This document shows positions 36,392 to 49,289 of a DNA stretch of 64,000 bases, in pieces. The notes beneath the pieces are model-generated. The model saw only the letters and a program-made list of their open reading frames with translations, had not been told where the DNA came from and did no database searches. The stretch is from Gnetum montanum (lineage: Eukaryota; Plantae; Gnetophyta): positions 171,737-235,736 of the forward strand of contig MNCI01000550.1 in assembly GCA_015680685.1 (NCBI GenBank), written 5' to 3'. Position 1 is the first letter of the stretch. Each line of letters begins with the position of its first letter. The position numbers and the translations under genes are program-made.

Positions 36392-39300
36392 AACACTAGT
36401 TTAAATCTTTGAGTTAATAGTATTCTTGTCAAATAAAGAAAAATTTGTCTTACATGCTATCTATCTAGGCTAATCGATCCTTTCTCTAATACCAGCAAAA
36501 ATATACATTAGAGCTACTACCTTGTCTAGATTCTTTAATCCCATTTGATCATTCTTATTGTTGATATTAACTTAATCTTGTATATCTTCTTCTTTTTTTT
36601 TCTATCTTCAATTTCAACATATTTGTTTCTTTTATTTAAAATCTTTTTTCATAAGCAAAAAAGTATAAGCATTAAATAAATATCATTCATGATGGTAAAA
36701 TTCACAAGAACTAGGAAGATTCTAATATGTAATTGGGTGAATATAAGTCCTCCCACCCACTTGTAATACTAATTACTTTTTACAATTAAGAATATAAATT
36801 TCAACAAAAATAAAAAACATCTACAAAAATAAAAACCTATAAAAATATATTCTATAAGTTTAATAAGAACAAGAAGACTAACAATTTCCTACTCAACATT
36901 TTGAAAAATCAGTGGAAGATTACATAACTAAATAAAACTTGGAACTTTAGCATATTTTTTAGATTGGACATCAAAGTCTGAAGCCCAATTACAAATGATC
37001 AACACTACATACTTATGTATAAAACCCCTATATCTCAGGCATGTTACATCATCGAAGTATTGCCTATCTCAACAAATAAACAAAAAAAAAAGAAAAAGAA
37101 TAATACCTAGTGTGAAGAACTTAGATGTCATGTTTTTTCATCACATCACTTAACTATGAAATGAAACTTTAATTGCAAGGCAGGTAACCTAAAATTTGAA
37201 TGAACACATATTATGATAAAGGATCAACAACCAATGACTTATATACATCATCAAGAAGCACAAAATCAAGTGTCTTAGTTACATGAACATTACTAGAAGA
37301 AGATATCACAAATTTTTTCTTGCCAATTTATAAATCTATATTTTGAGAATCAACAAAAATTTCTACACCAATAGAAGAAGCAGAAATTTTAATATTGGTT
37401 GAAGAAGTTGGGAGTAATATAAAATTATCCTAGAATAATATAAAAATGATACTAGTAAAGCATTAAAACAACTAGAATAGCTATTGAGCATAAGACAAGA
37501 TTTGGGTAAAATATTTGACATCTCCAAGGATATGATCACCTTGCAATCTAGGCTTCTCATTAGCAAGGGAAAGTTAGCATAATTTAAGACACTAAATCAA
37601 CAAAGCTAGGTGGAAATACTTAGGATAAAATAGGAAATTATTGAGCTCTAGGTGAAACTCAATAAATTAAGTAGATGCATTAACCTAAGATACCTAGATA
37701 ATTACAAGAAAAAAGAAAATGAGCAATTGCAAGTTTTTACCTAAGCAACCTCTCCTATTAAAGAGTAGGCCATTTGGAATGATCTTAACCCAAGGATGAA
37801 TCATATGGCTTGAGTCAAAGGGTTGCTAAATTAGAGAAGAACTATAAGAAGCTTGCTACAACTAACAAAAAGTTGGAGGTGGTGAGGATGGAATATGATG
37901 CATTTGAAGCCCACCTCCAATAAGTAGGAATAAGCAAAGGTAAACTTGGAGATAGCCAAGTTGATAAGAAATAATCACAATCACTCCATGCAAGAAGTGT
38001 CTCATTAAATAACAAATAACATTATAAATAGAAACACAAAAAAATGAGGCCAAGCAATTGGAGAACATAAAAATCACTAGAGAGATTTAGCTAGCTTGTA
38101 GAAGGAAATTAATGAAAAAGATATTAAGATGACAAAGGCTAAGCTTGAAAGTAATGGGTAGTGTGGAGAGATGTTATCCACGTCATGGATGGAATTAGTA
38201 GTACTAAGATAAAAAATGAAGGGCACTCAAGGGTATAGAGCAAGTGGTCATGATACTCATCTCTTAGTTGGGAGGTTGTGGGTTTAATTCTTACATCCAC
38301 TTCTAGGTGTTATAGTGGATTAGCCTTATGGTAAAACCCTTTTCATTAGTGGGTCACATATACCTTGCTATGTGGGTAAGGGTAGCATATCTTTCTTTCT
38401 AGTAATATATTTTTTTCTTTTGTTCTAATTGCAATAGTCTTTTTCTTAACTTCATACATGGAATGGACATACGCGAGATACTTCATTTTAACTAAATAAG
38501 TCAAATTTGCTTAGTGCATGCTAACAAGTCTCCTTACACTTTAATGTTAAGGTTAACTTTAGGGTAAAAAAAACATTATTAATTTATCTAATAACATTTA
38601 TCTCCAAGACATGTAGTCAAATTAGAACTCTATAACTCAACATTGCTCACTAAAATTGAATCCATGGCTTGAAGCTTCCAAATTGAAAGTCTTATCACTA
38701 AGCTAACACCCTCTTGTGAAAAAGAAAAAACAAAGAAAATGTTTTGAGACTTTCATAAATATAAAGCTCATTAAGTTATGAATTCTTAAAAAAAACACTA
38801 CTTTGTTTTATCATAGATACAAAAAGATTAGGTAACATAAATAGAAATTCAATGTCAATTTCATTTTATGGAAGTTATGGCTATGCAAATTTACTTAATG
38901 GTGTTTATTAAAAGGAAGGAATAAATGAAAGAAATAAAAAAGTTAAGGCAAGCAAATTTATTTACTAGATAAGGATGTTGTTTATGGTGGTGCAAGTACT
39001 TATATAGCTAAAGAATGAATCCTACCCTTGGTTTACATAGAATTTTATAAGGGGGGTATTGGAACTCCGAAAGAATTGTAATATAGTTTTAAAGAATAGA
39101 TCCTTCGGTTGGTCTACATAGAACTTTATAAGGGGGTGTTATAGATGCATTTTCCAACTATGAAAATGATAAGTAATATAGTTCTATTATTTTATTTGAA
39201 ACTTCGAAAAAATTGTAATATAGTTTAATTAAAACTTTATAACCTAGCATTCCCCACCATAATAGAACCTATAACTTAGCATTTCAGAATCAAACCTATA

Positions 39301-39716
39301 ACTTAGAATTTCAAAATCAAGAATCTTACGATTAGACTAATACCTCGTTCAACCATTCCACCATCATACCACCATGAAAGTGATTTACAAAGAAACCCCT
39401 TTTATCCGTAAAATGTGCATGTACAAACTCTTTAAATAAAAAGGAAAAGAGCCGCGTCTACGCGGTGGAAAGACTTCCAAAGAGCCCTTAGCGAATGAGC
39501 AACTTGGCAATAATTTTCAAACTCGTCTAAAATGCAATCCATCGGTGACCAGACCGAAACAGTACCCGCTGCATTTCAAAAAAGTCAAGAACCTTAAAAT
39601 TGAACACAACCCCAAGCAAGCAAATAAATGCGTAAAGTAGCAGAGGAATAGAGTGCAGGGCCAAAGAAATAGAGAGAGAAACAGGGATTGGGTTGATGGA
39701 TGGAGCATGATTGCAT

Positions 39717-40100
39717 TCACCGTAATTGAGCAGCTCTACAGAGAACAGCAATCAAGTAGAGACACAAAGCAGCGGTGTAGTTTCGGAGATGGTAATAGAG
39801 TAATCCAAGGAGCATGCATCCAAGCATCAGGCTCTCAAATACAGCACAAAAGCAGAGCCCCAATATATCAATTTCTGAGCCGCCAAGGTACAGAACGTAT
39901 ATACAAAATGCCATGCAAGTGCAGTCTAATATCCATCCAATTATTTCCCATACGGCTGCTCCTCCTCCTGGCAAGGCAGCAGCTTGAGGTTGAGCTTCAG
40001 GTGGCACTTCAATGGCTATTGCAACAGCAACCTTAACCTTGTCATTGTCCTCCTTCTTGTTGTTGTTGATGCTGTTGTTTGTCTGCTCCTGCTTCTCCAT
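39717..40100 (-). CDS. Small putative multi-pass membrane protein (127 aa), no family recognised
   Basis: Single-exon ORF in a GC-elevated island; hydrophilic N-terminus followed by three hydrophobic stretches; TATA-like TATAAGAG ~150 bp upstream; (CAGT)n in the leader. Confidence 0.5.
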   Translation of the reverse strand: MEKQEQTNNSINNNKKEDNDKVKVAVAIAIEVPPEAQPQAAALPGGGAAVWEIIGWILDCTCMAFCIYVLYLGGSEIDILGLCFCAVFESLMLGCMLLGLLYYHLRNYTAALCLYLIAVLCRAAQLR

Positions 40101-42880
40101 CAAAACAACCTGACTGACTGACTGACTGAATCACTGATTTGCCGGGTTACTCACTACACTACTACACTGATTGCATCTGCAGCTTCTGTTTCTGCTTGAA
40201 TTCATTTCTGTAATAAATAGGGAAAGTCCCACCATACCATCCTTCCTCTTATATTCCTGGATGCTTCCTGTGTTGCTGCTGACCTTACTTATCGGCAACG
40301 GCGCCAATGAAAAGCATGGCGAGTGGCCGTGGCCGATGTGACAGAGTCTGAAATTTCGGGTCCCTGCCTGCCTGCCTGCTCTGAACCTGCCTAGAAACTT
40401 CCCATCACTTTGCAAAGGAGGTTCCTAGTACATGATGGGTTTGAATTTTTTTGAACATTGTTAAAACGCGTTAAAGTATTTGTTACCCTTTATGAGCCTC
40501 CTTACGTGAATGTCGTGGAACCTGCCTAAACATTACCCCATAAGGTGATAATTTTTTTCATTGAAAACGCGTAGGAATGAGCAAGAATGTGGTGCTTGAC
40601 TTAGGTTGAGGAAGACGAAGTTAACTAATTAAGAACAAGTGATTTAGCCAATAGATATAAACAAAGAAGTGTCTTATTTCTTAAAATATTAATGCTAATT
40701 CTTATTTGGTATAATTGCATTTTCTTATTTGTGTATACATGATAGATGGATTATTTGGAATGAAGCTTCTAGCCTCTATGGTTTGAATAGAAAGAGGAAA
40801 TTTTTTTTAAAAAAAATTTATTTCTACTTATGAGAATTTATTTAAAGTTAACAACAATTTATGTAATGTTTTTCTAGATATTTTTTGAAAGGATGGCATA
40901 TATGTTTTTCCTTTTAGTTCGAAAGTTGCTTATGAGATTATTACAAAGAATAATTTTATTCATAAAAATTTAGTAAGGCTTGGAAAATGCTATTATCTTC
41001 ACACTTTCGGATGAAGAAAATGAAAGATATTTGGAGAGCTCCTACATTTCCCAAAATTTGTATATTTTTTTGGTGTTTTATTAATCAAAGTCTTAAACAT
41101 ATGAGAAATGTTTTTCCTTAATGTCCTCTTTGTAGAAGTGAAGACTCATTTTCTCATATTTTTTAGTATGCTTTTACTCATCATTCTTGGAAATGAATAT
41201 CTAGAATTTGTAACAACTTTCAATTAAGCATCAATGAAGTCATTCTTGGTGATTAGCCTACTTTGACTACTTCATTTCTTTGTATTTGGAATAGTCTTCG
41301 ACCACTTTGTTCTCTACTCTACTTGGAAGTTTTGGTGTGTAGTTATTTTCCAACAGCAAGAGCATAAATATGACTTTTCTTTAGGTGCCAAATACTAGGT
41401 TCTCAAAGATGTCCCTTTTTAGCTACAACTTCAAGCAAAAAAGCACCAAGTAAAAGTTGAATAATTAATTTGTTTTCTAAAGTATTAATTTCTTTTTGTT
41501 TTAGAAGCTCAAGGATGGACAACTTTCAACTTTTGTAGCTATTTGTTTTTTATCTCTACTTGATGTATTTTTTTTCTTTAGAGAGGGTTTTCTTTTTCTC
41601 TTTACAAGAAACCCTTTAGTAAGAAGTGAAAACTCATGAGGGAAATTCTAAATAAAGGTAAAGCCTACATTTTTTCCTACCCCAAAGGGGAGGTTTTTGA
41701 GGATTAGTTGTAAAGATGAAATCTTGAAAAGGTATCTCCAAAATCTTTGCACTTTTTCTTTAGACTTTCTTTTCAAAGATTTGATGTACTCTAATTTTTT
41801 TAAATATTATTATTTATTTTTGGGGTTTGACACCCCCCTACACACTAGAATCAACTAAGGCAAGCTTGTGGTAGTACTATGTACATTCTTCTTATTCTAC
41901 GTAATATCAATTATGACCATCGTAGATACATGCATGTCCCCAACAATTGACTGAATTATTTTCATAATAACACAATGCAACATACCAACTAAATTGCTTT
42001 CTTTTTAATAATTGCAATTAATGATAATGCCACAACAAATAGTTTTTACGTCATTTACCAAAGCTTGGAAACTAACTCTGTCTAGAATATGAATTTGACA
42101 TGAAGTAGTGCCCATCAACCATTTTAGTGCAAAATGTGCTAGTATTATTTTTACCTTGCAAACTAATAACCATTTAGCACTTTTTTTCAAATACATTAAA
42201 TATGAAACTAATTAAGGTACCGTAGTAATACAATTAATTTAAGAACTGGAAACTATTGCAATAATAAAAACAGGATCATGGTGTAAGTAGAAGTAAGAGA
42301 TGGTGTGAATAGTAGTGTTGATGAGGTGCATCAACCCCTAAAATAAGATGATTTTTCCTTGAGTAATAAAATTTCCAATAGACTAAAAGTTTAGCTTGAG
42401 AGAAATAAGATTTAGAAAAGATTGTTTATATTTAATGCTATAGCTCATTCTATAATACCCAAGCACCATGGTAGTGCTATTTTCTACATTTTCCAACAAA
42501 AAATGCTTTATTTAAATAAGGTCTCCACTACAAATAATTTATGCAATGCACTACAAAACATTAGTAAAACATGATCTAATCTTGAAACTAAAATTCAAAA
42601 TTTTATTAAAATTTTATTAGATATGTTCAGCTAGTTTGGCTTCTTGTTATGATTGTAATTTATAGGCATGCTACATAGACTAATACTAACTACTATAGGT
42701 GACGTGTTATCACAATTTCAACCAATTTTTAAAAGATGGTACTTTAATTTTTGTCCCTATTTTCTTACGAAGAATGCTCTAAAACGTATAAATGTGTGTC
42801 AAATTCACACACGTGTTGGTGTTTTTGGAGCTTAGATTACATAACTCATGCATAAAAATTAATAGGTACATATAGGCCCC

Positions 42881-42907
42881 GGGGGGGGGGGGGGGGGGGG
42901 GGGGGGG
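42881..42907 (+). repeat. G27 homopolymer
   Basis: 27 consecutive G. Confidence 0.9.
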
Positions 42908-42949
42908 TGCCCTTAGCGTGGAAATAAGGAGGTAACCTAAAAAATGCAT

Positions 42950-43282
42950 CAAATGGCCTTAAAATTAATAAATTTTGACCTTGGGTGATGCGTAGTAGCT
43001 TTGGCAAACCTGGGGATGTACATGCATGCACATAACTGGTCAAACTTCATAAAAAATTAGCCCCTTGAAATCTTCCACATTGACACACCCTCCTTGGAGG
43101 GGGATCTCATCATGAAAACAAGGGGTTAACCCCAAAAATTAACAAAATAACCTTAAAAATAATAAATTTTTACCTTGAGTGATGTTTAGTAGCTTTGGCA
43201 ACCCTGGGGATGCACATGCATGTGCATGCCCATAACTAGTCAAAATTCATCAAAAATCAACCCCTTAGAGTCTTCCACACTA
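42950..43282. repeat. Diverged ~200-bp-period duplication
   Basis: CCTTAAAA.TAATAAATTTT.ACCTTG.GTGATG..TAGTAGCTTTGGCAA.CCTGGGGATG...TCTTCCACA present twice. Confidence 0.75.
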
Positions 43283-44133
43283 ANTTAGTAGAACACTTTC
43301 CTTTCAAAAATGTTAATAATAATTTTATCACAAAAATTCTTAGCTAATTATGTTAGCTCAATTGTACACTACTTTTTTAAAGAAAAGGTGTTGAATTCAA
43401 TTCTAACCTTTTAGACCCATGATATTCATATTAATTTTTATCATATTGGTTTTTTTCCCTTTAGGTTCTTTGATTTTTATTATTTGGTCTTTTTTGGGTT
43501 GTTGGCTTATGTTTTAGTTTCCTTTTTAAAAGGTTTTAGATTATGATTTTTTATGCATTTTTTATTTTGATTTTGATTTTTGTGCATGTTAGGGTACATC
43601 AATTTAGATTTGATATTTTTTCTATGTTTTCTATATATTCTATAGTATTGGTTTCTTTCAGTTCTAGCATCTTGATTTTTTTCAAATTCCTTATTCTTGG
43701 TGCCAAGTATTTTTCAGAATTTATTATAAGTGGTTATCTTAGCATGTAATAGGCAATAGGCATTAAGCATTAAAATGGGCAACAAGCTTGGGTAAAGGTC
43801 AAATATTTTGCTTATGTGTTGCAAGGTAATGATACAAGAAGAACCTAGTGGTTGTAGTTAATGACTAAAATTGAGGGTCTTTCCTTATTTTTATTGGAAG
43901 GGTAAAATTTGGTTATACCTTTTAATAATACATGGTAAATTTTAATTCTTTCATTCTAATATAATTTTAGAGAGGCACAATATATTAATCTATATTATTA
44001 ATTAAAATAATAATTCCATTGCATGTAAAATCTTAATGTAACCTTTATAATCAATAAGTTGTTCGTGGTAGCAGTAGTCTTCCTACCACTATAAATACAT
44101 TTACTATAAATTACAAAGAGAAACAAATTAAAG

Positions 44134-44505
44134 ATGCAAACCATTCCCAATTTTTTGAGGATGCTAATAAGGACCTAATATCTATTTATTTGAATATTGA
44201 ATTTGATGAACAATGTATAAAAGATGCATTTACTTGGAATGTAAATGATTCAAATTCAAATATTTCTTTTATTTGCAAGGAGAATTGTTAAGGATTTGAA
44301 ATATCTTAGAACATTTATTTGAAGGATAAGAAATGAATATAAGATAAAAGATGTTGTATATAAAAGTAAATCTTAGAATAAATAGGGAAATAATCAAAGA
44401 TAAATTTTTATGGGATTTGAACAAACATGAAAATGATCTAGAGGAATTTATTGGAAAATTTTGTAAAGATATAGAATTGAAAATCTTGAAGTAGGTTTGG
44501 TTATT
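44134..44505 (+). pseudogene. BSH: Intronless, degenerate copy of SWI/SNF core subunit SNF5/BUSHY
   Basis: Translates (with stops and frameshifts) as FLRML..LISIYLNIEFDEQCIKDAFTWNVNDSNS..FARRIVKDLK..EG*EMNIR*KMLYIKVNLRINREIIKDKFLWDLNKHENDLEEFIGKFCKDI.IENLEVG. This matches both SNF5 repeats of plant BSH (KDAFTWNP; LIKDQFLWDLNNFESDPEEFAR..CKDL..EDPEVG). Confidence 0.85.
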
Positions 44506-45399
44506 TGGAGAGGGAGGGAGGTAGGGGGTGGGGAGGGTTTGTTGAACCTAAAAAGGATATTAAAACTATGCAAAGAAAAATTAGAGTACATTACAAGCTT
44601 ACACTTAGTAGACTATCAACTTAGGTGTACAATCTTACAATTGATAATTTGAAAAAAATAAGTTAAGATAACTAATTCTTAGTAGAGATGAAGGTTCCAA
44701 TCCTAACAAAATTTATATCACTTTTCAATATCTATGCTTGAACTTAAAATATCAAAAGAATTCAAGATAGAGAGTTATGGCTTAATACAATATTTGTATC
44801 AAAGCAAGAAAATGGTAGTCTTTATGGAAGATCTACATGTTGTCACTTGTTATTGATCTTACGTTAAGAATATTTACCATTAACTATAAAATTTTTGTCA
44901 ACATTAGTTTTAATCTCTAAGTTACTAGTATTCTTGTTAAATAAGGAAAACTTTGTCTCATGAGAAATTTGTTCAAGATACTTAATACTTTCTCTGGTTA
45001 AAAATATATAGAAGATATTTGTCTTCTTTAGATTCTTTAATATCATATGATCATTCTTATCATTGACATTAACTTGATTTTTCATATCTTCAACTTCATA
45101 TTATTTTTTCTATTTTTAACTTTAACACAGTTTTTCTTTTCTTTAGAATCTTTTTTCTTGAGTAGAAAAGGACAATTACTAAATAAATATATTTCATAAT
45201 GGTAACAGTTGAAAGAAATAGGAAGATTATGAAATGAAATGAGCTTTCATTATGTCTAAAGACCTATATGATCTACTGGATATATATATTACATTTTAAT
45301 AAAAAATAAAGATAGGCTTTACAAATTGACCAAGCACCAATGGGGGCATCAAAAACAAATCATACAAGTTTTTAGCTATAACATTATAATGCTGTCTTA

Positions 45400-45860
45400 A
45401 ATTGGTAGTCACAAAACAAGCAAGAAATACATGTAACTCATCTTTGAGATTCATGATCTGCATAACCTACAAACATGTTCTTCTTAAGGGAGTTTAATCC
45501 ATTCTCCACTTTCAATTCTAAGATGATGAGAACTTAAGCAAAGCTTGTTGATAGCATTTCAATATGTGATTGAAATAGAGGCTGAGAGATAATAAGCTTA
45601 TACATATAGTTTATCAGATGTAATGTGGTATAAATAACATTGTCTCTTGCCTTTCATATTAGACAACGTCTATGTTAAAACCTTCTAGTTGACTAGTTGG
45701 TAAATATACTTAGGATTTTATTACATGTCCTCCTAAGAGATATTCCATTTTCTTAACCATATCATCCCGTAAAAATACTAATCAAGGTCTTGTGAATACT
45801 CAAGAACTACCTTAGAGAATTTGTCTTTCCTAATAATAGCATTAGCGAGGGAACATCCAC
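45400..45860 (-). mobile_element. Degenerate non-LTR retrotransposon ORF2 C-terminus (RTEX/CR1-group-like)
   Basis: KLCLSSHHLRIESGEWIKLP*EEHVCRLC...KDELHVFLAC fits the RLxxHxLxIExGRW..CxxC..DExH..C motif. Confidence 0.55.
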
Positions 45861-45969
45861 GGTAACTTTAAGTAACTATAGATTATAATAAGTGTTTCTG
45901 TGAAATGCGCATAATGGGAACAACTAGGGTAACCCAGGGTTGTTCCCAGGCTAAAGCCCCTATGTTACT

Positions 45970-48555
45970 TGATGAATCATGGTTTGTTAGGTGTTGATAT
46001 TGGACCCTTGACATCGGACCCTTGATATTAGACCTTCGATATCGGACCCTTGATATCGGGTACGCGATATCGCGGCCTGGATAACAATATCGAATACACG
46101 ATATCGTGATTCCTATGTAAGCCTATAAATACACCTTTGGGGGCACAGGAAGAGGGGAGTCAGTTAGTGTAGAAGTAGAGTCTTTTTGTCATTTTTAGTT
46201 CATTTCAATCCTTTCCCCAGTGCATGCCCGCAGTGTGATGATTGTAATTGTATGGAACCTTTATTCGAGTGTGACGTACTTGGACATGCACATGACTGGC
46301 AATAAAGATCAAGATTACTTCATCATTGCAGCATTCACTTAGTTTTAATTACTTACTGTTATTGTTATTTATTATTTTCCTAATTAATATTTCTTACCCT
46401 TCATTTACTATCCCTGTTATTAAACTCAGAGTAAGTATGACTTAATCACGAGCATTTAAGTATGACTACTTGGTAACCCAGTAGCATATCTAGGAGCGCT
46501 CAAGTAATATACGCTTGGTAATTCCAGAAGTAGTACATGAGGTCCAAGATGTGTACGGATGATTAAGGATGGATGCTCATCGCACTTAGGCTAGCTTAGA
46601 TTCTCTTCTCTCATTCCCTCCTAGCTTAAAACAAAGTTATTTTCCATTGCCTCTAGGAGTAGCACTATCTTAGGACCACATCATACACCTCACTCTAGAC
46701 TAAACCATACGTGACAAAGCAAATACTAGTCTAGGTGGGAAGACAACAAACTGTGATCAATGTGTAACTATCTAGATACCATGACTAGCCTGTCCATAGA
46801 GTTTGATCGAATCATGCGTGAACGCTCGTATTCGTATGGTTGAATGTAGGGGTACCGCGCCACTCATCATCAACCATCCTATTATATAATAAAATAGGAA
46901 ATAATAACTATGAGAAGTCTTACTAATTAAAGAATACAACAAATAAGGATTTCTTTTTGAAATTTTTCTAACTTTGTAATCATAATAAAGCTATAAATAA
47001 TAATGAGGATAAAAGTTGGATCAAAACCAAGAGTCTGAGAAAGGGTTATGAACCATTAAGAACCTATTTGAAACCTCTGGGTTATCTCAAATGAATTCTT
47101 AATTATTATAGATGGATCCTAAAAGACCCATAGCAAAAAGATCCTCATAGCAAGGGAGTAAAAGATTGAGACGTAGAGGCAAAGGACAAGCTAAAGAAGA
47201 AACTCCACAAGTGGAGCAAAAGGCCTAAGCTTTCAATATCTATCACTAAACACCTATCACAGGAACACTTTGCAGACATTGAAGTTGAAGCACCACTAGC
47301 TCTAGAATAAGGACAATGCCTCATGTTGTTAACAAAATGTCTCTAGGTCATCCAAGAAAATTCAATCATGTCCATAGTTATCGTGGAGTTCAACTTCATA
47401 TCCTTCATAGAATTCGCATCCAAGAATGTTTGAATGCAACTCCAAACTTCTTCTCTATGGTAAAATTTATCATGGAATGGATAATGGTACTTAGAAGAGG
47501 TATACTAGTTCTGTAAAAATAAACAAGTTGATGTCGTAGTCAAAATTAAAGGAGGAGTTGTGTCTTACTCAATGGAAGCCATCACAAAGGCACTTAACAT
47601 CCCTAATGTCAAAGGAAATATTACACAAATTTCCACCAAAACTAACATTGAGTCAAAGAAGCTATGGCTATAGAGAGTATATAGTAAAGAAAATAATGAA
47701 TATAATGAATTATTTGCTAAGGAAAATATATACTTCAAGATAGGAACCTACGACATCTACATATAAAAGAAATTTACATCGGACCCTTGACATCGAACCT
47801 TTGACATCGGACCCTTGACATTGAACCCTTGTTATTGGACCCTTGACATCGGACCCTTGACATCGGATCCGCGATATCAGGTACGCAATATCGCGGCCTA
47901 GATAATGATATCGAATACACGATATCACGATTCCTATGTAAGCCTATAAATACAACTTTGGGTGCATAGGAAGGGGAGTTAGAGTCAGTCAGAGTCAATA
48001 GGTTATTATAGAAGTAGAGTCTTTTTGTTCATTTTTAGTTCATCTCAACTCTTTTCCCAGTGCATGCCCATAGTGTGATGATTGTAATTGTACAGAACAT
48101 TTATTCGAGTGTGACATACTTGGACATGCACATGACCGACAATAAAGATCAAGATTACTCCATCATTGCAGCATTCACTTAGTTTTAATTGCTTAATTAT
48201 TATTGTTATTTANAAGTAGTACATGAGGTCCAAGATGTGTACGGATGACTAAGAATGGATGCTCATCACACTTAGGCTAGCTTAGATTCTCTTCTCCCAC
48301 TCTCTCTTAGCCTAAAACAAAGTTATTTTCCATTGCCTCTAGGAGTAGCACTAGTTTAGGCCCACATCATACACCTCACTCTAGAATAAACCATATGTGA
48401 CAAAGCAAATACTAGTCTAGGTGGGAAGACAATGAACTGCAATCAACGTGTAACTATCTAGATACCACAACTACCCCGTCTGCGGAGTTTGACCGAATTG
48501 TGTGTGAATGCTCATATTCGTATGGTTGAGTGTAGGGGTACCTCGCCACTCATCA
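45970..48555 (+). mobile_element. Composite: type C LTR (45970-46869) + ~900-bp ORF2-like fragment + 5'-truncated type C LTR (~47776-48555)
   Basis: Outer 5-bp direct repeat TTACT (45965-45969 and 48556-48560); both LTRs end CCACTCATCA; no PBS after LTR1; internal VDVVVKIKGGVVSYSMEAITKALNIPNVKG. Confidence 0.75.
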
Positions 48556-48619
48556 TTACTCTTATGCAAGCTATGAGTGTATTTAATGAATTAACACAAG
48601 GCTTCTTCTTCTAAAGCTA

Positions 48620-49289
48620 ATAAATCACATTCACATAATAATATTGAGTAAGGTGTTTATATCTTCAACTTTAACTCATTGAGAAGAAAAGTTTTTGGTA
48701 CTTTTTCAATATATTTTCAAACTTTAACATTGATTTGAGGTCCCCAAACAACACATCCATACAATATAGTAGGATATATGATAGTTAGGAAAATTTATTT
48801 TTTGACCTTCTAAGCCCATAGTCCTAAATACTTGCACTTGTTTTTGAAATCATATAAATCCTTGAAATATCCTATTATGTTTTCTTTGATGTACTTCCCT
48901 CACATATAATTTTCCATATAAATGAGACCCAAATATTTGCACATTGGTACCTTCAAAATGCATTAAGGTATTTCTTATACCCTAGATCATAAATTTGGTT
49001 TTATCTACATTCACTTGAAGACTAGATGAAAAACAACAATTTTCTAAAATTTGCAATATATTTTGCATATCTTCTGCAATAGTGAAGATCAAAGTAGCAT
49101 CATCTGCATATAAAAGAAAATTTATTACTTAGGATCTAATTTTGATTGCATGACTATATAATAGAATGCATGAAATGAGATTTGGATTTACCCATATCAC
49201 TAGAACCACTTCTTGAGCTTGAATGATTCTCTTTACCTAGAGACCATGATTTGAAAAAACTAATCTTGGAAATACCCATTTTCACTTTC
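48620..49289 (-). mobile_element. Degenerate LINE (L1-like) reverse transcriptase fragment
   Basis: FLLYADDATL (YADD 49099-49110) and PMCKYLG (~48930-48950); target of the chromovirus insertion. Confidence 0.65.

Noticed and set aside
37400-38200. Purine-rich stretch that may be a decayed LINE ORF
   Set aside because: No diagnostic motif could be read with confidence.
38236-38710. Two tRNA-like segments (~38236-38305 plus, ~38650-38707 minus)
   Set aside because: Only decayed A/B-box-like traces and no cloverleaf. At most old SINE heads, too weak to call.
39653-40036. 127-aa plus-strand ORF
   Set aside because: It starts at GTG and overlaps the better-supported minus-strand membrane-protein ORF.
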